Assembly: GCA_040757295.1 (NCBI GenBank)
Contig: JBFLXH010000006.1
Location: 23,300 to 87,299, forward strand
Source of the DNA: Bacillota bacterium
GTDB lineage: Bacteria > Bacillota > PH28-bin88
Direction: 5' to 3'
DNA: 64,000 nucleotides
Shown here in pieces: positions 36,895 through 45,641 of the stretch (position 1 is its first letter; each line of letters begins with the position of its first letter). The translations under genes were made by a program, and so were the position numbers. The notes beneath the pieces were generated by a model. It saw only the letters and a program-made list of their open reading frames with translations, made no database searches and was not told the origin of the DNA.

Positions 36895-37638
36895 TTGTCT
36901 TTAAAAGGAAAAGTCGCGATTATTACGGGAGGTGCTACGGGGATCGGCAAGGCTACCGCCCTGAGCCTGGCAAAACAAGGAGTGACTGTTGTGATAAACT
37001 ACTCCAGGTCAGGACGAGAAGCCGAAGATACCCTGAAAGAGGTTGAGGCAGCAGGGGGACAGGGAATGATCTGGCAGGCGGATGTTGCCGATGACGAAAA
37101 AATAAGAGAAATGGTTAAGGCAGTTGCTGAGAAGTATGGACGGCTGGACATTCTGGTAAATAGCGCGGGGACAACCAACTTTGTTCCGTTGGAGGATTTG
37201 GAAGGGTTGCTGGAGGAGTATTGGGACCGGGCAATGGCAGTCAATGTCAAGGGCGTGTTCTTCTGCTGCCGGGCAGCAGCCCCTTATTTAAAGGAAAGCA
37301 AGGGCTGTGTAATAAACGTAAGTTCAAGAGCAGGCTTTACCGGAGTAGGCAGTTCCATGGCTTATGCGGCATCCAAGGGAGCGGCAATTACTCTTACCAA
37401 ATCCCTTGCCAGGGCCTTGGCTCCGGAGATAAGGGTAAATGCGGTAGCTCCCGGGATAGTGATGACTCGATGGGTTGAAGGGCGGGAAGATCATATTAAA
37501 CGAGGGAGTAAGGATGTTCCCTTGGGGAGAGCCTGTGAACCGGAAGATGTGTCTGAGGTGATCATGAGTCTGATTACCAATGCGGGTATGATTACCGGCC
37601 AAACAATTGTAATTGATGGCGGAATGTACATGCGTTAG
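36895..37638 (+). CDS. SDR family oxidoreductase (FabG-like)
   Basis: 247-aa ORF with TGGATGIG cofactor motif and catalytic YAASKGA, starting at TTG. Confidence 0.92.
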   Translation: MSLKGKVAIITGGATGIGKATALSLAKQGVTVVINYSRSGREAEDTLKEVEAAGGQGMIWQADVADDEKIREMVKAVAEKYGRLDILVNSAGTTNFVPLEDLEGLLEEYWDRAMAVNVKGVFFCCRAAAPYLKESKGCVINVSSRAGFTGVGSSMAYAASKGAAITLTKSLARALAPEIRVNAVAPGIVMTRWVEGREDHIKRGSKDVPLGRACEPEDVSEVIMSLITNAGMITGQTIVIDGGMYMR

Positions 37639-37677
37639 AAAAAAACGAAAAAGATTGACTAGCAGGGAGATGCTGCT

Positions 37678-39423
37678 ATGCAAGCACATGAAAACCATAT
37701 AGGTGGCGTTGCTTTGTCAGAAATCCTGCATACCTTTCATAACGGGATACTAATAGTTGATAATGCAGCAGCCATTCGGTTCGTTAACCGAATGGCTGCT
37801 ACAATCCTTGGGCTAGATCCGGATAATGTGCTTGGGAAAGCCATCCAGGAAGTAATTCCAGATTCGGAGCTGCCCAAGGTGTTGTTAACGGGAGTAAGCA
37901 GGTTGGGCCAAAAGTATAGTTTGGGAAGCGTGACAATTATTGCCCATCATTCTCCCTTTTTCCTAAATGGAAAAATTGCTGGGGCAGTTTCCGAATTTCA
38001 GGAAATCACCGAGATGGAGAAAATGTTTATCCAGTTAAGGAATCTCCAAGAACTAAGCAGCCAGTTAGAGGCTATTCTGGAGTCGTCTTACGATGGTATT
38101 TACATTACCGGGTCTGACGGGGAAACCTTGCGGGTCAACAAGGCTTATGAAAGAATAACGGGGCTAAAGGTGAGCGATCTCGTTGGAAAAAACATGAAGG
38201 ATTTAGAGTCCAAAGGAGTGATTACCAACTCAATTACTTTTAAAGTGGTAGAAACCAAGCAACCGGTAACGGCTATTCAAAAAACTGCCACGGGAAAGGA
38301 AATTTTTGTTACTGGCAGCCCCATCTTTGACCAACAGGGAAAAGTCGCAGCCGTTGTAACAAACGTAAGGGATATGTCCCAACTGAAGGCTCTTCAGGAG
38401 GATTTGCAGCAGTCAAAAAGACTGACCTTTCGTTACCATAACCAGCTTCTGCGCCTGCAAGCCAGGGATTCCGCTTTTGCTGAGGAAATGGTAGCAAGAA
38501 GCAAGAAGATGTTGGATGTCCTGGAATTAGCACAACGGGTGGCCATGTTTGATTCAACGATTTTAATTCTTGGCGAATCCGGTGTAGGTAAGGATTTAGT
38601 CGCGGAATTGATTTATCGCTCAAGTCCCAGGTCGACCAAAGGTTCCTTTATCCGTGTTAATTGCGGGGCTATCCCCTACAACCTGTTGGATTCTGAATTG
38701 TTCGGCTATGAGGAAGGCGCTTTTACTGGCGCTCGCAGGGGCGGCAAACCCGGGCTGTTTGAACTGGCCGACCAGGGGGTCTTGTTCCTGGATGAAATCG
38801 GCGAATTGCCCCTTGATTTGCAGGTGAAGTTACTTAGAGTAATCCAGACCAGAGAGTTTAATAGACTGGGTGGTGTACAGCCCATAAAAGTAGATGTTAG
38901 ATTAATCACAGCTACAAACAAGGACTTAATCAAGGAAGTTGCCGCTGGCCGTTTCCGGCAGGACCTTTATTACCGGATCAATGTAGTGCCAATTATTGTG
39001 CCGCCGTTAAGGGAAAGAAATGAAGACATTATCCCTTTAGCCGTGTATTATCTGGAAAGCTTTAATAGAAAGTATGGGTATTCACGTTTTTTCTCGCCGG
39101 CAGTTCTGGAAGCTTTTTTGTCTTACGAATGGCCGGGCAACGTACGGGAGTTGATTAATGTGGTTGAACGTTTAGTGGTGACAGCCGAACATGACCATAT
39201 TAATGTAGAAAGGTTGCCGGCAGTTTTTATGCAGAATAATAAAGAGATTGCGGAGTGTGGAACATGGGATTTTCATAGTGCGCGTGAAGCATTAGAAAAA
39301 AAGCTGATTGAAGACGCTTTAAAAATGCACAGGACAACCAGGAAAGCGGCCAAAGCATTGGGGATTAGCCAGTCAGGCCTAATAAGGAGAATTAGTAAAT
39401 TCGGGCTAAAAAGTCGTAAATGA
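37678..39423 (+). CDS. sigma-54-dependent transcriptional activator with PAS sensor domains
   Basis: 581-aa ORF with two PAS-like regions, an AAA+ domain (GESGVGKD, GAFTGA loop EEGAFTGA) and a C-terminal HTH. Confidence 0.93.
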   Translation: MQAHENHIGGVALSEILHTFHNGILIVDNAAAIRFVNRMAATILGLDPDNVLGKAIQEVIPDSELPKVLLTGVSRLGQKYSLGSVTIIAHHSPFFLNGKIAGAVSEFQEITEMEKMFIQLRNLQELSSQLEAILESSYDGIYITGSDGETLRVNKAYERITGLKVSDLVGKNMKDLESKGVITNSITFKVVETKQPVTAIQKTATGKEIFVTGSPIFDQQGKVAAVVTNVRDMSQLKALQEDLQQSKRLTFRYHNQLLRLQARDSAFAEEMVARSKKMLDVLELAQRVAMFDSTILILGESGVGKDLVAELIYRSSPRSTKGSFIRVNCGAIPYNLLDSELFGYEEGAFTGARRGGKPGLFELADQGVLFLDEIGELPLDLQVKLLRVIQTREFNRLGGVQPIKVDVRLITATNKDLIKEVAAGRFRQDLYYRINVVPIIVPPLRERNEDIIPLAVYYLESFNRKYGYSRFFSPAVLEAFLSYEWPGNVRELINVVERLVVTAEHDHINVERLPAVFMQNNKEIAECGTWDFHSAREALEKKLIEDALKMHRTTRKAAKALGISQSGLIRRISKFGLKSRK

Positions 39424-39589
39424 AAAGCGGGGCAAAGACGCATTGTTGAACCGATTTTGGTTCGGGGCTAAGACTGGATTTGCTTCGGAAATGGCGCAAG
39501 TATCAGCAAGTCTGTGTTACTTTTCCCCATGACAAAGCAAAAACATTGAAAAGTCAAAAATTACAAACAGTTCCTAATTATTAGAAGCT

Positions 39590-39604
39590 TGGCACAGATC
39601 TTGC
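39590..39604 (+). promoter_or_regulatory. sigma-54 (-24/-12) promoter
   Basis: TGGCACAGATCTTGC is a perfect TGGCAC-N5-TTGC match, 84 nt upstream of the ATG at 39688. Confidence 0.8.
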
Positions 39605-39687
39605 ATTGTCCTTGTTTTAGGGCTAAATATTTGCAGAAGGGAGGTTATCCTTTAAGAACGGCCCAAAAATAGACAGGAGGAGAAAGG

Positions 39688-41088
39688 ATGGCCATTGGTT
39701 TTTCCAGTGCAAGGCGTGAATTCGGAAAAGAGCAGCCATTTGTTCCGCTAGGGATTTTTAAGCTGCGCCTTCCTTTTATTCATTATCAAGTGGAAATACC
39801 CGAAGTAATACAAGCCTTATTCATGTTTGTAACAGGATTGGCGGCAACCCAATTTTTGCAGGATAATTTTGGAATCCCTTTTGAAATGGCCTTGGCCATC
39901 GTACTTTTTCACGAAATTACTTATTGTCTGCACCAGCTTTTGGGTGATCCCATTATCTCAGGTTGGATCACTCCGGCAATTCCTCTTACGGTTGCTTTCT
40001 TGGGAACCTATGCTATGGGAATCGACCGGCTTCATGCTTTGATAGCGCTGCAAATAATCGTTGGTTTAATGTTTTTGTTTTTGGGAACTACGGGTCTGGC
40101 GAAAAAAATTCTTGATGTAACGGCCAATTCCATCAAGGCGGGTATTATTTTAGGGGCTGGGATAGCAGGATTGATAGGAAAGTATGGTTTCTTGCCGGTA
40201 CAAAACGGCGGGATGGGATTTTTTAAATTTCCTTATAGTTTTTCCGCTGGGCTCTTGGTAGCATTTTTCTTGCTCTATTCCGCAGGTTTTAAGGAAATGA
40301 AAAGGCAGGGAGCCTTTATAGGCCCGCTGGCTAAGTACGGCATGGTTCCTGGTATAATCGTAGCTATGGCGGTAGGGTTCTTAACAAAGGAGGTTCCTCT
40401 GCCCAAAATAACCGACTGGGGATTTTTCTTACCTCCGATAAAGCAAGTTATCACAGATTGGTCAGTTTTTGGTGTGGGTCTCCCTTCATTGCAGATGTTT
40501 GTTGCAGCCGTCCCCATGGCAATCGTGGCTTATGTTATTGCTTTCGGTGATATTATCATTGGACAGACGGTTATTGAACGGGCTAACGAAGCTCGGCCGG
40601 ATGAACTAATTGATATGAACACCAATAGAACCAATATCCTGTGTGGGGTCCGAAACATTATCGAGGGCGCCTTGGCTGCTACAATTACTCTGGCCGGTCC
40701 CCTTTGGGCGGCGATGACAGTAGCGGTTGCTGAACGGTATAAACAAGGGCGTGAAGCCATGGATTCCATTTTTGGAGGAGCTGGAACCTTCAATATCATG
40801 AAATTTGTCTGTATACTTTGGCTGCCCTTGGTATTTATCTTCAAACCCATATTGCCATTGGCGATTTCCCTCACGGTAATGGTTCAGGGTTTTGCCTGTT
40901 TCTACATTGCCATGGAAATGTTGCAGACAAACGAGGAGCGGGGAGTTGCCGGGTGTATTGCTGCGGTCCTGGCTGTTAAAGGGGCTACATATGGGCTGGC
41001 AATTGGTATTATTCTTTGGTTGGTAATTCAAAAACTAGGGTTAAACCCTGTTGTATCACCTGCGGCAACGGTCAACAATAAACAATAA
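39688..41088 (+). CDS. multi-pass membrane permease of unrecognised family
   Basis: 466-aa ORF that is hydrophobic throughout, with a GGAGGAG RBS. It is the first gene after the sigma-54 promoter. Confidence 0.75.
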   Translation: MAIGFSSARREFGKEQPFVPLGIFKLRLPFIHYQVEIPEVIQALFMFVTGLAATQFLQDNFGIPFEMALAIVLFHEITYCLHQLLGDPIISGWITPAIPLTVAFLGTYAMGIDRLHALIALQIIVGLMFLFLGTTGLAKKILDVTANSIKAGIILGAGIAGLIGKYGFLPVQNGGMGFFKFPYSFSAGLLVAFFLLYSAGFKEMKRQGAFIGPLAKYGMVPGIIVAMAVGFLTKEVPLPKITDWGFFLPPIKQVITDWSVFGVGLPSLQMFVAAVPMAIVAYVIAFGDIIIGQTVIERANEARPDELIDMNTNRTNILCGVRNIIEGALAATITLAGPLWAAMTVAVAERYKQGREAMDSIFGGAGTFNIMKFVCILWLPLVFIFKPILPLAISLTVMVQGFACFYIAMEMLQTNEERGVAGCIAAVLAVKGATYGLAIGIILWLVIQKLGLNPVVSPAATVNNKQ

Positions 41089-41189
41089 TTAGATGCATTA
41101 AATTGTTTTGGCTCTGAAGGAAGTGGTGGGCACTCCATCGAAATCAATAAAGAACCCGAGCAATAATAGCCGAACAGGAGGGATAGTCG

Positions 41190-42347
41190 TTGCCGTATGC
41201 TGATTTTTCGTTTTCAGTCCCGGGGCAGGTCCGTTTTGGGGTTGGTATTATAAAACAGCTCCCCGCCGAATTGGAGAAAAACGGAATTAATAACGTATTG
41301 GTTGTTTCCGATCCTGGGGTGGTAAAAGCCGGCCTGCCGGATGAAATGTTTGCTTTATTCAGGGAGGCTGGGATTGGCTTCACTTTGTTTGACCAGGTGG
41401 AACCCAATCCAAGTGTGGAAACAGTTGTTAAGGCCTTGGAAGCGTACCAGGAAAACGGTTGCCAGGGAATGGTGGCCTTCGGTGGAGGAAGCCCTATTGA
41501 CACTGCTAAAGCCTTGGGGGTTCTGGCTACTAATGGGGGCGAATTAACTCAATATGAAGGGGTAGGAAAGTTTAAAAATCCGCCGCCTCCTTTGTGGGTG
41601 ATCCCCACAACGGCTGGTACAGGCAGCGAGGCAACCCCTTTTGCAGTCATTACCCATCGGCAGACAAATTACAAGTTTCCGGTTGCTGGTCCTTCGTTAA
41701 TTCCTCGCTTAGCCCTATTGGATCCGACCCTGATCACGACCCTGCCACCTCATGTTGCGGCATCTACCGGCATGGATGCACTTACTCATGCCATCGAATC
41801 TTATCTTTCTCTAGCGGCACATCCGTTTTCAGAGTGCATGTCGGAGAAAGCGATTGCTTTGGTGGGCCGGCATCTCAGGAATTTTGTCGCTAACCGCCAG
41901 GATTTGGAGGCTGCCGGGGGAATGCTTCTGGCAAGTCTTTTTGGCGGAATAGCCTTTGCCCATGCCCGGTTGGGTTTGGTCCATGCAATGGCCCATCCTC
42001 TTGGGGGTTTCTTTAATGTGCCCCATGGAGTGGCCAATGCTGTGCTGCTGCCTTATGTAATGCAGTTTAATCTGCTGGCTGACAAGGGCAAGTACGAACG
42101 GATTGCCCAGTTGCTGGGTGAGGACTTGAATGGTTTATCATCCGCGGAGCGGGCTCAAAAGGCGGTTGAAGCTGTAGAGACTTTAAACAGGGACTTGGGC
42201 ATTCCTGCCAAGATTTCAGCTGTCGGGGTTAAGAAGGAAGCCATTCCCCAGATGGCAGTTGACACAATGAAAAGCGGCAACGTGAAAGTTAATCCCAGGC
42301 AAGCCGTCATGGAAGACGTAATCCGGCTGTTTGAACTGGCCTATTAA
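41190..42347 (+). CDS. iron-containing alcohol dehydrogenase (FucO/DhaT-like)
   Basis: 385-aa ORF with GGGSPIDTAKA and the metal-binding block HAMAHPLGGFFNVPHGVAN. TTG start after an AGGAGGG RBS. Confidence 0.93.
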   Translation: MPYADFSFSVPGQVRFGVGIIKQLPAELEKNGINNVLVVSDPGVVKAGLPDEMFALFREAGIGFTLFDQVEPNPSVETVVKALEAYQENGCQGMVAFGGGSPIDTAKALGVLATNGGELTQYEGVGKFKNPPPPLWVIPTTAGTGSEATPFAVITHRQTNYKFPVAGPSLIPRLALLDPTLITTLPPHVAASTGMDALTHAIESYLSLAAHPFSECMSEKAIALVGRHLRNFVANRQDLEAAGGMLLASLFGGIAFAHARLGLVHAMAHPLGGFFNVPHGVANAVLLPYVMQFNLLADKGKYERIAQLLGEDLNGLSSAERAQKAVEAVETLNRDLGIPAKISAVGVKKEAIPQMAVDTMKSGNVKVNPRQAVMEDVIRLFELAY

Positions 42348-42351
42348 GATT

Positions 42352-42396
42352 AACAGCCCTTTCCTTACGTAAGAAGGGAAAGGGCTGTTGCTTTTG
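42352..42396. terminator. bidirectional intrinsic terminator between convergent genes
   Basis: AACAGCCCTTTCC-(12 nt)-GGAAAGGGCTGTT followed by GCTTTTGTT. Confidence 0.8.
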
Positions 42397-43260
42397 TTAC
42401 TTTAACGAGGCCAGCCGCATCGCCAGGGATGCCAGGTCGTCAGAGGTTTGTTTCAGTTTCTGGGTGCTGCTGGCGACCTCATGGGTGGAGGTTGCCTGGC
42501 TGGCTGTTACAACCCTTGCATCTTCTATCCCGGCAATAATTTGGTTAACCGACAAATTGATATTCCCCAGGATTTGCCCGATCTGGTCTGCAGATGCTGA
42601 GCTGTTTTCCGCAAGTTTGCGCACTTCCTGAGCTACCACCGTAAACCCCCGGCCTTGTTCCCCTGCCCGAGCTGCCTCAATGGCGGCATTCAATCCCAAC
42701 AGTTTGGTTTGATCAGCAACCATCCTGATAAAGCGGAGAATTTTATCAGTTTCATCCAGGTGGTTTTGAGCCAGCATAGCTACTTGGGTTAATTTAGTCT
42801 GCTGTAGAGCCGTCTTTTCCGCGCTTTCAGCGATTTGTGAAGTTGCGTTGACCAATTGGCGGATGGTGTTGGTTAGAAGTTCGGCCATTGATGCCAGCTC
42901 TTGGGCTTGCGCATGCAGGTGGGCTGCCATTTCTTCTTTAGCCTGAACAAGGTACATCATTAATTTCGCCACATGGGAATCGACCAGGGTAGTCTCCGGG
43001 CGCAAGGAACCCTTGATTGCTTCCAGCACTTTGGCGCTGCCGGTTGCCTCAATAACGATGTCCAGCCCAGGCTGGCTTAAAAAGTCTGCAAAGCGGGTGC
43101 TGGTAGGTACTTTCAGTTGCTGGGCAAGCTGCATGCCGGGAGCATGGGGGTCTACGTCTGCCAGCCCAATAACCTCAATGTCTGGCAGGCCGTGAAAAAC
43201 CCGCAGGATTGAGGTGCCTCCTTTGCCGCCTCCTACAATGGCAATCCTGATGACGGTCAT
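42397..43260 (-). CDS. soluble methyl-accepting chemotaxis signalling domain fused to an N-terminal Rossmann-like (GxGxxG) domain
   Basis: The N-terminus [14 protein letters not shown]...VIGLADVD...DIVIEATG is a dinucleotide-binding-fold pattern. The C-terminus carries the MCP hairpin core [35 protein letters not shown]. There are no TM segments. I place the start at ATG 43260. Confidence 0.8.
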   Translation of the reverse strand: MTVIRIAIVGGGKGGTSILRVFHGLPDIEVIGLADVDPHAPGMQLAQQLKVPTSTRFADFLSQPGLDIVIEATGSAKVLEAIKGSLRPETTLVDSHVAKLMMYLVQAKEEMAAHLHAQAQELASMAELLTNTIRQLVNATSQIAESAEKTALQQTKLTQVAMLAQNHLDETDKILRFIRMVADQTKLLGLNAAIEAARAGEQGRGFTVVAQEVRKLAENSSASADQIGQILGNINLSVNQIIAGIEDARVVTASQATSTHEVASSTQKLKQTSDDLASLAMRLASLK

Positions 43261-43455
43261 ATAAGTTCGCCTCTTTTCGCCATAGTCTGTCAAGATGGCA
43301 AAAGATTTCCACACCGGCATGGGCAAATCCTGTCGTAAGAACTTGATTCAAAAAAAATCTATTGCTTTTTGCCATTTTGTTGCTTGAGGTTTCAATCAGC
43401 CTCAGGTATACAAAAAGGAGATCTGAACAAAATATTTTCGTGGAGGTGACAAAAA

Positions 43456-43659
43456 GTGACAGTAGCCGGGCAGGTTAAGCAGACTTTAGCCAGTCTGAAG
43501 GGTGCTAAGGCAACCCTAGATATTTTTGCCTCTTTCGAGAAAACAGAGGCGAAGCAAGTATTCGAACGTAATACCGAGCGCATTGGCAAGGTGATTAACG
43601 AACTGGAAAAAAGGCTGCAAGCTCTTGAATTTGAAGAGCCCCAATATAAAGGTTTTTAG
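43456..43659 (+). CDS. DUF1657 family protein
   Basis: 67-aa ORF VKQTLASLKGAKATLDIFA...EEPQYKGF, typical of DUF1657 spore-associated proteins. GTG start after a GGAGGTG RBS. Confidence 0.8.
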   Translation: MTVAGQVKQTLASLKGAKATLDIFASFEKTEAKQVFERNTERIGKVINELEKRLQALEFEEPQYKGF

Positions 43660-43701
43660 AATAGGCTTAGATAGTTCAGATAATTGATAAGGAGATAAGC
43701 T

Positions 43702-44559
43702 ATGCCGGACGCATTAAGAGTTTTCCTAAGCTCAACCGGATTATTTGTCCTCGTTTTGTTTTTAGTTCGCCTGATCGGAAAACGCCAAACCTCCCAGCTA
43801 ACCTTTTTCGATTTTGTTAACGTTGTTGTTATAGGGGTTTTAGCCGGCGCTACTTCCCTCAACCTGATTGGGATTATGGAAGGACTAATTGCCCTGGCTG
43901 TTTGGACCCTTTTCCCCATGGCTATATACTGGGCGGCCATTAAGTACAAGGCTGTGCGGGACATTGTACAGGGGAAAGAAACTGTCCTGATTAATCACGG
44001 AAAGATTTTGGAAGATAAACTGCTGGAGGCCCGCCTTACACCGGAAGACCTGATAAGCCAACTGCGAAGGAAAAATGTGTTTAAGACTGCAGACGTTGAA
44101 TTTGCTGTAATGGAGCCTTCCGGCGAGGTCAGCGTGATGCTAAAAAAGGAAAACCAGCCCGCCACAGCCAAGACCTTAGGGCTAAACATAGGACAAGAAA
44201 GCGTACCTCAAACCGTCATGCTGGATGGCATCATTATGGATGAAGCCCTTACAGCAATTGGATTAAACAGGAATTGGCTGCATTTAGAGCTGGAAAAAGC
44301 GGGGGTTGCGCCGGAGAATGTCTTTATTGCCCAGGTTGATTCCGTTGGCCAGCTTTATTTGGACTTGTTTGACGATGCTATTCAAGTTCCGCAACCACAA
44401 ACCAAAGAACTGGTCTATGCTACCTTAAAGCAATGTGAGGCAGCTCTGGAGACTTACGCTCTAAGTACTTTGAACCAAGAGGCAAAAAAGATGTACAGCC
44501 AGTCTGCTAGAGAACTGGCCGAAGCCGCCAGGGAGCTGGAGCCGCTCTTAAAAAGGTAG
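43702..44559 (+). CDS. DUF421 (YetF-like) membrane protein with DUF1657-like C-terminal extension (2Duf-like)
   Basis: 285-aa ORF with N-terminal TM helices, a DUF421 core (LINHGKILEDKL...LTPEDLISQLR) and a helical tail resembling DUF1657. Confidence 0.8.
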   Translation: MPDALRVFLSSTGLFVLVLFLVRLIGKRQTSQLTFFDFVNVVVIGVLAGATSLNLIGIMEGLIALAVWTLFPMAIYWAAIKYKAVRDIVQGKETVLINHGKILEDKLLEARLTPEDLISQLRRKNVFKTADVEFAVMEPSGEVSVMLKKENQPATAKTLGLNIGQESVPQTVMLDGIIMDEALTAIGLNRNWLHLELEKAGVAPENVFIAQVDSVGQLYLDLFDDAIQVPQPQTKELVYATLKQCEAALETYALSTLNQEAKKMYSQSARELAEAARELEPLLKR

Positions 44560-44570
44560 GAGGGAGAACA

Positions 44571-45050
44571 ATGTCTAACAAAAAAAAGAAGAAGCTGACT
44601 CCGGTGCAGCAAGAGTATCATTCCTTTTCTAAGGAGAGGGAGCCAAAACGCCCTGTTTTAGCCAATTGTTTTAGGGCGTTTCTGGTGGGCGGCACCATTT
44701 GCCTCATCGGCCAGGGAGTGACGGACTTTTTCATTTGGAATTTCGATTTCACCGAGAAAACGGCAGGCAGTCCGACGGTTGCTGTAATGGTTTTTCTCTC
44801 AGTGGTACTAACCGCATTGGGCGTCTACGATCATATCGCTCAGTGGGCCGGTGCCGGCACAGCGGTACCCGTAACGGGCTTTGCCAATAGCATTGCCTCA
44901 GCGGCAATTGAACACAGGAGCGAGGGGTTTGTCTTGGGTGTCGGTGGAAATATGTTCAAGCTGGCCGGCTCAGTAATCGTATTTGGGGTGTTTTCCGCTT
45001 TTGTTATTGCTTTAATCAAGACGACACTAAGTATATTGATGGCCTCATAG
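44571..45050 (+). CDS. spoVAC: stage V sporulation protein AC
   Basis: 159-aa ORF. The N-terminal lysine-rich segment is followed by NCFRAFLVGGTICLIGQG and multiple TM helices, typical of SpoVAC. Confidence 0.9.
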   Translation: MSNKKKKKLTPVQQEYHSFSKEREPKRPVLANCFRAFLVGGTICLIGQGVTDFFIWNFDFTEKTAGSPTVAVMVFLSVVLTALGVYDHIAQWAGAGTAVPVTGFANSIASAAIEHRSEGFVLGVGGNMFKLAGSVIVFGVFSAFVIALIKTTLSILMAS

Positions 45051-45053
45051 CCA

Positions 45054-45325
45054 TTAGTATTTAGCCGCTGGTTGCCGGGCGGAGAGACCGGCAAAGCTGC
45101 TGCCGGCCAGGATATGACTGAAAAAGGCCTTTAAAAAAGGAGTGGTGGGTTTCTTCAACATTTGCAGCGGGTCTCCATCCTGAACAATAGTGCCCTGCTC
45201 AAGGACAACCAACCTGTTGGCATAGAAGGGAATACCCTCCGCATCATGGGTGACAAAGATTTGTCACTTTTGTGCTTTTTATCACCTGTTCCAATTTGTT
45301 CATAAACCTTTTAAACATATCGGTT
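45054..45325 (-). pseudogene. frameshifted C-terminal relic of an ABC transporter ATP-binding protein
   Basis: Reverse translation gives IFVTHDAEGIPFYANRLVVLEQGTIVQDGDPLQML... (H-loop onward). A frameshifted ...LEQVIKSTKVT lies upstream. Walker A and the signature motif are missing. Confidence 0.6.
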
Positions 45326-45641
45326 TTTCCCTCCTAAGCAAAAAAGCTTGCTCATTCAGCGTAGGTAGTGAACCAGGCAATATGTCTGAAAAAGACCTGA
45401 CGAAACTCTACCTACCCTTACTAAAGATTCCTCCTTATAATTCCTTCTGATATTTTCAATTTTTATTGTTTCAGATTGCCTAACGGGTACCACACCCTAG
45501 AAGGGTTAATTTCTAATTAGGTCGAATTATATATTGGGAATATTTTCAAATTGGGAGGATCGGAGGGCAGCAGGTATTATTTGGCCCAAAGTTGGAGAAA
45601 AAGAATAGATAGGAGTTTATCAAAGGTTAGGAGTGTAGTTC

